This document shows, piece by piece, positions 47,833 to 57,056 of a stretch of 64,000 bases of DNA. Below the pieces are notes generated by a model, which saw nothing but the letters and a program-made list of their open reading frames with translations, was not told where the DNA came from and made no database searches. This DNA comes from Nitrospirota bacterium (lineage in GTDB: Bacteria; Nitrospirota; Thermodesulfovibrionia; Thermodesulfovibrionales; Dissulfurispiraceae), in the NCBI GenBank assembly GCA_040754455.1, contig JBFMCP010000001.1:215720-279719 (forward strand), written 5' to 3'. The number at the start of each line of letters is the position of its first letter. Position 1 is the stretch's first letter. Made by a program: the position numbers and the translations under genes.

Positions 47833-48564
47833 TCATTTTTGAGCGGCTTTGCTCTTCAATGTTTCAATGATCCTCTTCAGTCCCTGCTGCTTTTCGGCAT
47901 CGAGATCAAGGAGCTTCACCGCATATTTGACATGCTCGGTATCGGGGAATGCCTCTGCCGCCTGTATTCTGATGACAAAGGCTTCGAGCCCGCTTACCGT
48001 CTCCTGAGCCTCCAGCGTTATATCTATTGCCACCCGCTCGAGGATAGCAGGCAGCGGGTTCTTGCTGCTCAGCACGCTCAAAAGACCGCCCAGGCTGAGG
48101 TCGATCATCTTTCCCCGGGCAATGGCATTGCGAAAATGGAAGACAACCTCACCATGCGCTTCGTACCGCTCGAACTCCCTCCGGTCGAAGCGGTCCATGA
48201 TCCCGATAATCTTCTGTGCCAAAGCTTCAGCAGTGAAGGGCTTCACCACATAGCTATTCGCGCCCATCTCGATTGCCTTCAAGACACTCGGCCGGTCGTT
48301 TCGTGAGGTGACCATGATAAAAGGGGTACCGCTCAAGGTAGGATGGCTCCGCACCCATTGCAATATCTGATCTCCCGTAAGGTCAGGCATCTCCCAATCG
48401 CAGAGGATAAGGTCGTAGTCCCCCTGCTCCAGCTTGGACTGGGCCTCCTTACCATTGGTCGCCTCATCGACAATAATGCCCGCAAAGCTCTTTTCGAGCC
48501 CGAACCTGGTGAACTTCCTCATGGATGCGGCATCCTCGGCAATCAGGACTTTAAACTTTTTCAT
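47833..48564 (-). CDS. Response-regulator receiver fused to a PilZ domain
   Basis: VLIAEDA, LILCDWEMP, FIMVT, YVVKPF; RREFER and DLSLGG. Confidence 0.88.
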   Translation of the reverse strand: MKKFKVLIAEDAASMRKFTRFGLEKSFAGIIVDEATNGKEAQSKLEQGDYDLILCDWEMPDLTGDQILQWVRSHPTLSGTPFIMVTSRNDRPSVLKAIEMGANSYVVKPFTAEALAQKIIGIMDRFDRREFERYEAHGEVVFHFRNAIARGKMIDLSLGGLLSVLSSKNPLPAILERVAIDITLEAQETVSGLEAFVIRIQAAEAFPDTEHVKYAVKLLDLDAEKQQGLKRIIETLKSKAAQK

Positions 48565-48672
48565 AGCCCTCAATTATAAAAAAAGTGCTGCTGCTTTTTG
48601 TAGCCCCTTATTGCAGAATATCAATAATGACATATAGACAACGAGAGGTATTATATGATTTAGTTGTAGTAT

Positions 48673-49854
48673 ATGGTTACCATTTCATTGATTCAGAACG
48701 CGCTGGACGTCATTGCTCCCCAAGTGCATAAGACGCCTCTCATCTATTCCAATTCCTTCAGCAGAATGTTCGGCGCTGAACTCTACTTGAAGGCGGAAAA
48801 TCTCCAGAAAACCGGCTCATTCAAAGTGAGGGGCGCCTTCAACAAATTGATACAGACGAGGCCTGAAAAGGTCATTGCCGCTTCCATGGGCAATCATGCC
48901 CAGGGCGTCGCTTATGCTGCCACAAGCCTCGGCATGAAAGCGACCATCGTTATGCCCATTCGGGCGTCCATTGTCAAGCAGGAAGCCACCAGAGGATACG
49001 GTGCCGAGGTCATCCTGCACGGCGATTCGTTCAATGATGCCCTTGATTTCGCCCTGGCGCAGAAGGGGTATACCTTTATTCATGCCTTCGACGACGAGGA
49101 CATCATCGCAGGCCAGGGGACCATCGGTATAGAAATCTGTGATGAATTAAAGAATATCGATGCCGTGCTGGTACCGATCGGCGGCGGCGGGCTCATCTCA
49201 GGAATCGCGGTTGCCGTGAAGTCCCTCTCGCCGCGCACCGAAGTTATCGGCGTCCAGACCGCGGCTGCGCCCTCAGCCTATGCATCCTTTCATGCAAAAC
49301 GTCTGACCGCAGTATCCCCGCAGCCCACCATAGCCGATGGCATTGCCGTTGGCAGGATCGGCGCCACAACCTTCGAGATTATTCAGCGCTATGTTGATGA
49401 TGTGGTGACCGTCACCGAAGAATCGATCGCCAAGGCAGTGCTCCTCTTTCTGGAAAGGAAAAAGCTGGTTGTCGAGGGTGCCGGTGCCGTTTCCCTCGCT
49501 GCGCTCTTCGAAGCGGGGGAGCGTTTCAAGGGCAAAAAGGTCGTGCTCGTCGTGAGCGGCGGCAATATCGATTTTACGATTGTCGACAGGATCATCCATA
49601 AGAGCCTTGTATCCAGCGGCAGAATAGGGGTCATCAAGGTGATTGTCGGCGACATGCCCGGCAACCTCCATAAGCTGACCGGCATCATCGCCTCCTATGG
49701 CGCAAACATCCTCACCGTTGTCCATGACCGGCTCTCCCAGGATCTTCCTATCGGCATGACTACCGTCATATTCACGCTCGAAACAAAGGGGCATGAGCAT
49801 CTCCAGGAGATCGCGTCATCGATCAAAGAGGCAGGATTCACCCTCCATTCATAA
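48673..49854 (+). CDS. ilvA: Threonine ammonia-lyase with a single C-terminal ACT domain
   Basis: KAENLQKTGSFKVRGA, ASMGNHAQG, PIGGGGL, VSGGNID. Confidence 0.92.
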   Translation: MVTISLIQNALDVIAPQVHKTPLIYSNSFSRMFGAELYLKAENLQKTGSFKVRGAFNKLIQTRPEKVIAASMGNHAQGVAYAATSLGMKATIVMPIRASIVKQEATRGYGAEVILHGDSFNDALDFALAQKGYTFIHAFDDEDIIAGQGTIGIEICDELKNIDAVLVPIGGGGLISGIAVAVKSLSPRTEVIGVQTAAAPSAYASFHAKRLTAVSPQPTIADGIAVGRIGATTFEIIQRYVDDVVTVTEESIAKAVLLFLERKKLVVEGAGAVSLAALFEAGERFKGKKVVLVVSGGNIDFTIVDRIIHKSLVSSGRIGVIKVIVGDMPGNLHKLTGIIASYGANILTVVHDRLSQDLPIGMTTVIFTLETKGHEHLQEIASSIKEAGFTLHS

Positions 49855-49904
49855 CTTCCGCAGCTTCGTTGACTCTGTATTGGTTTTGTGATAATAATGT
49901 GATT

Positions 49905-50735
49905 ATGTGGGAATATAGCAAAAAAGTAAAAGAACTGTTTCTCCATCCGAAGAATGTCGGCGAGATCGAAAATCCCGATGCAGTGGGAGAGGTAGGCAGC
50001 ATCACCTGCGGCGACGCCCTCAAGCTCACCCTTAAAGTCGACAAGGAGACTGGGAAGATCATCGATGCGAAATTCCAGACCTTCGGCTGCGCCTCTGCTA
50101 TTGCAAGCTCTTCTGCGCTTACCGAGCTTATCAAAGGGAAAACCCTCGAAGAGGCACGCAAGCTGACCAACAAGGACATCGCCGACTTCCTCGGCGGCCT
50201 GCCTGACGAGAAGATGCATTGCTCCGTCATGGGAAGAGAGGCGCTGGACGCGGCGATAGCGAGCTACCGGGGAGAAGAGAGGCTTCCGGCATCAGGAGAA
50301 CGGGTCGTCTGCAAATGCTTTGATGTCACTGAGGACAAGATACGCCGCGTCATCATCGAGAACCACCTCACCACAGTCGAGGACGTTACTAATTACACAA
50401 AAGCAGGAGGCGGCTGCGGCACCTGCATCCCGGATATTGAGGCCATCCTCAGAGATATATGGTCGGTCAAGGCGCCGGAGAAGCCCAAGGAGCCGAAGAA
50501 ACTGACCAACCTCCAGAAGATCGCGCTCATTCAGGATGTGATCGAGAAAGAGATCCGGCCCCAGCTTCAAGCCGACGGCGGCGATATCGAACTATTGGAT
50601 ATAGAAGGCAACAAGGTGATCGTCGCACTCAGGGCAATGTGTGTTGCCTGTCCCATGGGCGGCGTTACCATCAAAGGCATTGAGGAAAAGCTCAGGGAGC
50701 TGGTCAGTCCTGACCTTGTGGTTGAAGAGCGATGA
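49905..50735 (+). CDS. nifU: Three-domain NifU Fe-S scaffold
   Basis: CGD, FGCASA, KMHCS; central CKCF...CGTC; C-terminal Nfu DGGD...CVAC. Confidence 0.93.
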   Translation: MWEYSKKVKELFLHPKNVGEIENPDAVGEVGSITCGDALKLTLKVDKETGKIIDAKFQTFGCASAIASSSALTELIKGKTLEEARKLTNKDIADFLGGLPDEKMHCSVMGREALDAAIASYRGEERLPASGERVVCKCFDVTEDKIRRVIIENHLTTVEDVTNYTKAGGGCGTCIPDIEAILRDIWSVKAPEKPKEPKKLTNLQKIALIQDVIEKEIRPQLQADGGDIELLDIEGNKVIVALRAMCVACPMGGVTIKGIEEKLRELVSPDLVVEER

Positions 50736-51934
50736 CCCCTATCTATCTCGACAACAATGCTACCACAGCAGTTGCGCCCGAGGTGCTCGATGAGATGCTC
50801 CCGTACCTCAAGGACCTTTACGGCAATCCTTCGAGCATGCATACCTTCGGCGGACAGCTCGCCAGAAAGATCAGGGAAGCACGGGCGAGCGTTGCCGCGC
50901 TGATCGGTGCGCAACCAGAAGAGATCATATTCACCAGCTGCGGCACCGAGAGCGACAACACGGCAATCATGAGCGCTCTCGAGATATATCCCCAGAAACG
51001 CCATATCATCACCACCCGCGTCGAGCATCCGGCGGTCTACAACTTTTGCAAACACCTCGCTCGGAAGGGATACCGGGTCACCTATGTCCCGGTCGACGGC
51101 AAGGGCACCCTCAATATGGACGTCTTTCACAAGGCGCTGGATGATGACACTGCCATTGTCTCCATCATGTACGCCAACAACGAAACAGGAGTGATCTTCC
51201 CCATTGAAGAGATAGGAGCACTCCTCCGTGAGCGCGGTATTCTCTTTCATACCGATGCAGTGCAGGCAGTGGGGAAGATCCCCATCGATGTAACAACGCT
51301 TCCTGTCGACATGCTCTCTCTTTCAGGCCATAAACTGCATGCGCCGAAGGGCGTGGGAGCGCTCTATGTGAGGAAGGGAACCCGCTTTTACCCCTATATC
51401 ATCGGCGGACATCAGGAGCATGGGAGAAGAGCAGGTACGGAGAATGTGGCCTCGATCATCGGTCTGGGCAAAGCCTGCGAGCTCTCGGGAGCGGCCCTTG
51501 CCGACGAAGTGGCCTCTCTGAGCAGGCTCAGAGACAAGCTCGAAGCGGCCCTGCTCCGCACGTGCCCGGATGCACGGATCAACGGCGACCCTGTGCACCG
51601 CCTGCCGAATACGACCAACATCAGCTTCGAATTCGTCGAAGGCGAGGCGATTCTGCTCAGGCTCGATGAGTTCGGCATCTGCGCCTCTTCAGGATCCGCC
51701 TGCACCTCGGGCTCCCTCGAACCGAGCCACGTCCTGAGGGCGATGGGCATCCCCTTCACGGCAATACACGGCTCGATACGGTTCTCACTCAGCCGGTACA
51801 ATACCGAGGCAGAAATCGACAAGGTGATTGAGGTCATGCCGCCGATCATCAAAGAACTGCGCTCCCTCTCTCCCTACGGCCGCGATAAGCTTGCCGCCGA
51901 GAAAATAGCCCAGTGCACCTCTTCTCCAACATAG
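50732..51934 (+). CDS. nifS: Cysteine desulfurase
   Basis: YLDNNATT, GNPSS, HTDAVQ, SGHKLHAPKG, SSGSACTS. Confidence 0.94.
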   Translation: MTPIYLDNNATTAVAPEVLDEMLPYLKDLYGNPSSMHTFGGQLARKIREARASVAALIGAQPEEIIFTSCGTESDNTAIMSALEIYPQKRHIITTRVEHPAVYNFCKHLARKGYRVTYVPVDGKGTLNMDVFHKALDDDTAIVSIMYANNETGVIFPIEEIGALLRERGILFHTDAVQAVGKIPIDVTTLPVDMLSLSGHKLHAPKGVGALYVRKGTRFYPYIIGGHQEHGRRAGTENVASIIGLGKACELSGAALADEVASLSRLRDKLEAALLRTCPDARINGDPVHRLPNTTNISFEFVEGEAILLRLDEFGICASSGSACTSGSLEPSHVLRAMGIPFTAIHGSIRFSLSRYNTEAEIDKVIEVMPPIIKELRSLSPYGRDKLAAEKIAQCTSSPT

Positions 51935-51974
51935 CAGAAGAGTATTCAAACAAGCACATTAGTTCCGGGCCGTA

Positions 51975-52892
51975 ATGGATACCACACTGGAAGACTTCAT
52001 ACCCGAATCCCTGATCATTGATGAACTCCATCGTGCCCGGAACAAAAAGATCATGGTCCTGGGGAGATCGGATACCGGTAAAACCACACTGGTCGAGCTG
52101 CTCGCCGACAGGCTTTCGCGAGAAACAGAAACCGGCATTGTTGATCTTGATATGGGACAGTCCCATATCGGCCCTCCGACAACTATTGCCTGGGGCAAGA
52201 CCGGGAGGGGATTCACTGATTGGGAAAGCATCAAGCCCGAAGATTTCTATTTCACTGGGACCATTACCCCTCTGGGCAGCCTGCTGCCTGCTATAACAGG
52301 AGCAAAACTGGTCACAGACATGGCAGTCGCCTCCTGCTCAAAAGTGATCATCGACACCACCGGTCTCATCGCCGAGCCTGCAGGCCGTACCCTGAAACAG
52401 TATAAAATCGATCTCCTCGCTCCTGACATCATCCTGGCCCTTGAGTTCGAAAAGGAGCTGCACCATATCCTTTATCCCTTCAGGCTCGTCAGGGTGCCGA
52501 AAATATACACCCTCTCTGTCCCTTCCGCCGTTGGATCGAAGAGCAGTATCAGAAGAGGCTCGTATCGGTTTGACAAAATACAATCCTACTTCAGCAATGC
52601 CCATAGCATAGAGGTTCCTTTCGAAAAGGTCGGCATGCGCTTCACCAGGGATCCGCTCCCACCGGGTATGGCGAATTTCAAAAACAAGATCGTCTCATTC
52701 AGAAATGAAGAGAACAGGGACGTGGCACTCGGCATTATCGAGGGTATACGGCTGAGAGAGAAAACGTTCCTGGTGCGCACTACCGGGGACAAGAAACAGC
52801 ACTTCGCGACCATGATCGTCGGAAGGACCGAAATCGACGAAGCCCGCGCCCTGATCTTCGATACCGATATTTTGAGAAGGCAGTTGACGTAG
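51975..52892 (+). CDS. Clp1/Grc3/Nol9-like polynucleotide 5'-hydroxyl kinase
   Basis: Walker A GRSDTGKTT, DLDMGQSHIGPP (DxGQ), IIDTTG, Arg-rich lid SIRRGSYR. Confidence 0.8.
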   Translation: MDTTLEDFIPESLIIDELHRARNKKIMVLGRSDTGKTTLVELLADRLSRETETGIVDLDMGQSHIGPPTTIAWGKTGRGFTDWESIKPEDFYFTGTITPLGSLLPAITGAKLVTDMAVASCSKVIIDTTGLIAEPAGRTLKQYKIDLLAPDIILALEFEKELHHILYPFRLVRVPKIYTLSVPSAVGSKSSIRRGSYRFDKIQSYFSNAHSIEVPFEKVGMRFTRDPLPPGMANFKNKIVSFRNEENRDVALGIIEGIRLREKTFLVRTTGDKKQHFATMIVGRTEIDEARALIFDTDILRRQLT

Positions 52893-52995
52893 ATTTTTGC
52901 CCCACACTATGCAAATGATGCAAGAGGCGGGATAGGTGCGGACCTGCAGTAACTTCAACATGGCAGTTCTGTCTTGTTTTCCGGGGAACCGTTCC

Positions 52996-54096
52996 TTACG
53001 AGCGACCTTGTGTAATCTTTGAAAACACCGTATCGAAGAATCCGGGATCGACCTGAAATGCTATTTCTACGGAGAAGAGATTCTCCGGGACTCCCAGCTC
53101 TCTGAGCTTCACCATGTCTTTCTCTGTCGTGACCATGATCTCGCTGCCGCATCTCCTCCCCTCTTTGATGAGAAAAGAGAGATCGGCTTCCGAGTAGTTG
53201 TGGTGGTCGCGATAGGCTCTATATCCTTTTATCTCTACACCAAGAAACTGAACGGTCTGCCTGAACGACGCATCATTGGCGATGCCGCAGAAGACATACC
53301 CTGCCCTGTCCTTCAACCGTTCGATGGGGACTGCCTCGCCGGCACTGTCTCTGATGCCGAGAACGTGGTAGCGCGAAGCATACGCAGGCGCTCCCGGCTT
53401 AATCGCCCTGAGTGTGGAGACAGCCTTCTCGTTTTCCGTCTTCGTAACCACAAACACATCGGCTCGCTTGAGCGCTGAAAGCGGCTCCCTGAGCGGTCCC
53501 AGGGGAAGCAATCTCCTGTTGCCGAACGGGTTGAGCCCATCGATAAGGACGATATCCACATCCCTATGGAGCTTCCAGTGCTGAAAGCCGTCGTCGAGAA
53601 TGAAAAGGATCGGTGAATCGGTGAAGCGGTGAGTCGGTAAATCGGCCAAGTGCTGCAGCGCAAACAGTCCGCCTTCATACCGATCTGCACATTTTACAAT
53701 CGGTACGTTCTTCAACCGCTCTGCCATGAGCATCGGCTCATCGCCGGCGTCACGCGCAGAAGAGCAGAAGCTTGGACCCTCCGCGCCTCCGTACTTCCGA
53801 GCTCGTACAAAGCACGGCCCGTTCGCCTTTCCCCTGTATCCCCTCGTCAACACGATCGGGAGAAGGCCCCTCCTCAGAGCCTCCTCCGCCAATGCAATCG
53901 CTGCAGGGGTCTTTCCCGTTCCTCCCACCGTTATGTTGCCGATGCTGATGACAGGGAAGGGAAGCCGTTTTTGCCCTTTTAGGGCATGCCGCTTTTTAAG
54001 CGTATACCCGATGTAATAAGGAAACTCTAAGATCGTCAGACGGTTACCCCGGAAATTTTTGCATGCTGATTTCTCTCTATAATATACGATTTTCAT
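52996..54096 (-). CDS. lpxK: Tetraacyldisaccharide 4'-kinase (start uncertain) with two in-frame repeat insertions
   Basis: ISIGNITVGGTGKTP, TRGY, GDEP, LDDGFQH, LLPLGPLREP, TTEKDMVK. Confidence 0.92.
   Translation of the reverse strand: MKIVYYREKSACKNFRGNRLTILEFPYYIGYTLKKRHALKGQKRLPFPVISIGNITVGGTGKTPAAIALAEEALRRGLLPIVLTRGYRGKANGPCFVRARKYGGAEGPSFCSSARDAGDEPMLMAERLKNVPIVKCADRYEGGLFALQHLADLPTHRFTDSPILFILDDGFQHWKLHRDVDIVLIDGLNPFGNRRLLPLGPLREPLSALKRADVFVVTKTENEKAVSTLRAIKPGAPAYASRYHVLGIRDSAGEAVPIERLKDRAGYVFCGIANDASFRQTVQFLGVEIKGYRAYRDHHNYSEADLSFLIKEGRRCGSEIMVTTEKDMVKLRELGVPENLFSVEIAFQVDPGFFDTVFSKITQGRS
53611..53645. repeat. Octamer tandem repeat inside lpxK
   Basis: CGGTGAAT CGGTGAAG CGGTGAGT CGGTAAAT. 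Confidence 0.75.
53754..53802. repeat. Octamer tandem / inverted-arm element inside lpxK
   Basis: GCGCAGAA GAGCAGAA ... CCCTCCGC GCCTCCGT ACTTCCGA. Confidence 0.6.
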
Positions 54097-54179
54097 AGAA
54101 TAATCATGCAGCTATGGTGTGTATTGTCGCCGCCTATCAATGTTCCTGCAGCCGGTGGGAAAAAATACCTTAACTTCTT

Positions 54180-56309
54180 ATGCCGGCAGACGATAATAAT
54201 GAAAAGAACTTACCACCGGAAACAATGAAGAAAATTCTACTCTCCTCTACCATACTCGGCTGTCTTGTGACGCTGCTCATGCTCATCGCCTATGGTGCGG
54301 AGTGGTATCCGCTGGAGATGATCGAGTACAAGCTGTATGATCTGCGGCTTAACCTGATCCATACCACCACGACATCGCCTGTTGTGCTCGTCGGTATTGA
54401 TGAGGCAAGCATCAGAAAGCTCGGCCCCTGGCCCTGGCCGCGAGCGTATATTGCCGTCGCAATAAACCGTTTGCATGAGTATAACGCTAGGGTTGTAGGC
54501 GTCAATATCCTCTATGCACAGAGAGACCTAAATCCGGGACTTGCAGCAATCAAGGACATCCTGAACAGGATCAAGGCTGAATCGCTCGGGAAGAAAAGAG
54601 ACAGGATTGTAGAGATCCTCGCCGCCCTGCAGGAGGCGGAGAAAAAACTCGACAATGATGCCTTGCTCGAATCCGCCATCTCCTCGGCAAAAAATGTGGT
54701 GCTGCCGATCCTGTTTACCTTCAATGGACAAAAAAACAGTGATGCGGCAGACGATAACAGCGGGCCCCTTAAAAAGAATTCTCTTGGTGCCTCCTTTGCC
54801 ATACCGCCAATGGCGCATGAAGTGCTTATGCCGGTACCAGACTTTGCCGGCCAGGCACTGGCACTGGGACATATCAATCGTTTCCCTGACCGGGACGGCG
54901 TCGTACGAAGCGAGCCTCTCTTTATAACCCACCAGGGCCACCTCTATCCCTCTTTCGCTCTGCAGCTTATGCTCCATTTTAACGGTCACGATATCAACAA
55001 AGTCGGCATCGAAAAACATGCACTACAGGCAGGAGCGCAAACCATTCCAATGTATAAGACAAACAGGCTGCTCATGAACTTTTCAGATACTACCCCGTTC
55101 TCATATTATTCTTTTTCCGATGTCATAAGCGGCACCATACCGGCGGAGCGGTTCACCGATAAGATCGTCCTGATAGGATACAGCTCCCGGCAGTCCGGCC
55201 CGCTGCTGAGGACGCCCCTCACGACGATGCCGGATATCACTGTTGCTGCGCAGGTCGTTGATGCCCTCCTGAACAAAACGTATATTGCCCGCCCGCGCTG
55301 GGCGGTTCCTCTCGAAACAGCCTTTTTCCTCCTTTGGGGAGCAGTGCTTACCATAGTAATCCCGAGGACCAGAACGAGCACCGGAGCGATTGTTTTGTTT
55401 ATCCTTCTGGCAGCCTGGACCGCCCTCTCGCTCTATCTCTTCGTGTCATACCGGTACTGGCTTATACTGTCCTATGTCATCGCCCTCACCGTTGCCGGAT
55501 ATATTGTTCTGCTCGTTCAAAACTCCTTTATGCGGAATGTCAATGAAGAGATCCAGGATGTTGATATCATTGAAAATAATGAGATAAAGCTGGTGGCCAG
55601 CGCACGGACCGATACCGGCAGAGCACGAGAGCACAATGAAGACAGCTTCTGCATTGACCGGGCCGTCGGCCTTCTTGCCGTTGCCGACGGCGTCGGCGGA
55701 CAGGCGTCGGGGGAGGTCGCAAGCAACATGGCCCTCGACGCGCTGCGGGAGTATTTAAAAAGAGCTGAAGCGGACCAAAAACAACCCGATAACTATACTA
55801 ATAGCTATTCTAAAGATACCTATATACTTGGTGAAGCGGTGAAACATGCAAATACCATACTCTTCGAGGCCGCGCAGCGTACTCCCCAGTGGCGCAAAAT
55901 GGGGACGACAATTGCTGCGGCACTGCTGCGGGGGAACAAGCTCAGCATCGCCCATGTCGGCGACAGCAGGATATATCTTGCACGGGCCCACCACATCGAA
56001 CAGCTTACCGATGACCACAGCCTCGCGCAGCCGGGCATGAAGCATGTCCTGACAAAGGCACTGGGGATAAATGCTGAGGTTGCCGTGGACCTCGGCGAGC
56101 TCACGCTTTCGGAGGGAGATGCCGTCGTGCTCTGCACCGACGGCCTCAACACCATGGTCGACGACCGTGCCATTCTCTCCACGGTCACGTCGGGAAAAGA
56201 TCCTTTCACGACATGCACCAGATTGGTTACTATAGCGAACAAAAACGGCGGGCATGACAATGTCACCGCCATTGTCGCCTACGCATATAAGAGGGGCGAG
56301 GCTCTTTAA
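54180..56309 (+). CDS. Membrane CHASE2 sensor fused to a PP2C (PPM) Ser/Thr phosphatase (start may be 54225)
   Basis: CHASE2: [30 protein letters not shown], then 3 TM; PP2C: REHNEDS, VADGVGG, HVGDSR, CTDGL, GGHDNVT. Confidence 0.88.
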   Translation: MPADDNNEKNLPPETMKKILLSSTILGCLVTLLMLIAYGAEWYPLEMIEYKLYDLRLNLIHTTTTSPVVLVGIDEASIRKLGPWPWPRAYIAVAINRLHEYNARVVGVNILYAQRDLNPGLAAIKDILNRIKAESLGKKRDRIVEILAALQEAEKKLDNDALLESAISSAKNVVLPILFTFNGQKNSDAADDNSGPLKKNSLGASFAIPPMAHEVLMPVPDFAGQALALGHINRFPDRDGVVRSEPLFITHQGHLYPSFALQLMLHFNGHDINKVGIEKHALQAGAQTIPMYKTNRLLMNFSDTTPFSYYSFSDVISGTIPAERFTDKIVLIGYSSRQSGPLLRTPLTTMPDITVAAQVVDALLNKTYIARPRWAVPLETAFFLLWGAVLTIVIPRTRTSTGAIVLFILLAAWTALSLYLFVSYRYWLILSYVIALTVAGYIVLLVQNSFMRNVNEEIQDVDIIENNEIKLVASARTDTGRAREHNEDSFCIDRAVGLLAVADGVGGQASGEVASNMALDALREYLKRAEADQKQPDNYTNSYSKDTYILGEAVKHANTILFEAAQRTPQWRKMGTTIAAALLRGNKLSIAHVGDSRIYLARAHHIEQLTDDHSLAQPGMKHVLTKALGINAEVAVDLGELTLSEGDAVVLCTDGLNTMVDDRAILSTVTSGKDPFTTCTRLVTIANKNGGHDNVTAIVAYAYKRGEAL

Positions 56310-56322
56310 GAAGGGGGATGCC

Positions 56323-57042
56323 ATGAACAAGATCCAATTGAAGTTCCAGGACAATATCCTGACCGAGGTGCCGTTCGATAAAGATATCATCACTATCGGC
56401 AGAAAGCCGGATAATGATATCCACATCGATAACCTTGCCGTCTCCGGTTTCCACGCCAAGGTGTATCGGGACGGGGACCACTTCATCCTGGAGGACATGG
56501 GGAGCCTGAACGGCACCTTTGTGAACGGAGTAAAGATTTCCAAGCATATACTGAAGGACAACGACAACGCCCTTGTCGGCAAGCATGTCCTGACCTTCAT
56601 ACTGCCTGAGGCGAAGGGCGACCCCGTCGATCAAACAATCGCAACAAAAAACATCAAGATGGACGAAACACTGGTGCTCGATCCTGCGCTCCAGCAGAGG
56701 CTCCTGCACAAGATGCCCGAGACGAAGACAGCGGCAGAGGGCAAGGAAGTTACGGGAGGGTTCATCGTCGTTGGAGGCTCGACCGACAGGGATGAATACG
56801 AATTGAAGGAGCGGGTTACCACCATCGGCAAGGACTATAACGCAGGGATACGTCTCAGAGGCCTCTTCACCCCGAAAGTCGCCGCCCTTGTCAACAGGCG
56901 CAAGGAAGGTTACTTCATCAGCCCCGCAGGGGGAGCGACCGTAAAGATCAACGGAGAACGGGCAAGCGAACGGCATGATCTGAAGGACGGAGATATCGTC
57001 GAGGTGGGAAAAATTAAGCTTCAATTTTATATCAAAGATTAG
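56323..57042 (+). CDS. Tandem FHA-domain protein
   Basis: FHA1 IGRKPDND...AVSGFHA...SLNGTFVNG; degenerate FHA2 ending LKDGDIVEVG. Confidence 0.88.
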   Translation: MNKIQLKFQDNILTEVPFDKDIITIGRKPDNDIHIDNLAVSGFHAKVYRDGDHFILEDMGSLNGTFVNGVKISKHILKDNDNALVGKHVLTFILPEAKGDPVDQTIATKNIKMDETLVLDPALQQRLLHKMPETKTAAEGKEVTGGFIVVGGSTDRDEYELKERVTTIGKDYNAGIRLRGLFTPKVAALVNRRKEGYFISPAGGATVKINGERASERHDLKDGDIVEVGKIKLQFYIKD

Positions 57043-57056
57043 CCCATGCATAGCTC

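Noticed and set aside
49905..51934. nifU/nifS as evidence of nitrogen fixation
   Set aside because: No nitrogenase genes are in the window; NIF-type systems serve as housekeeping Fe-S assembly in many anaerobes.
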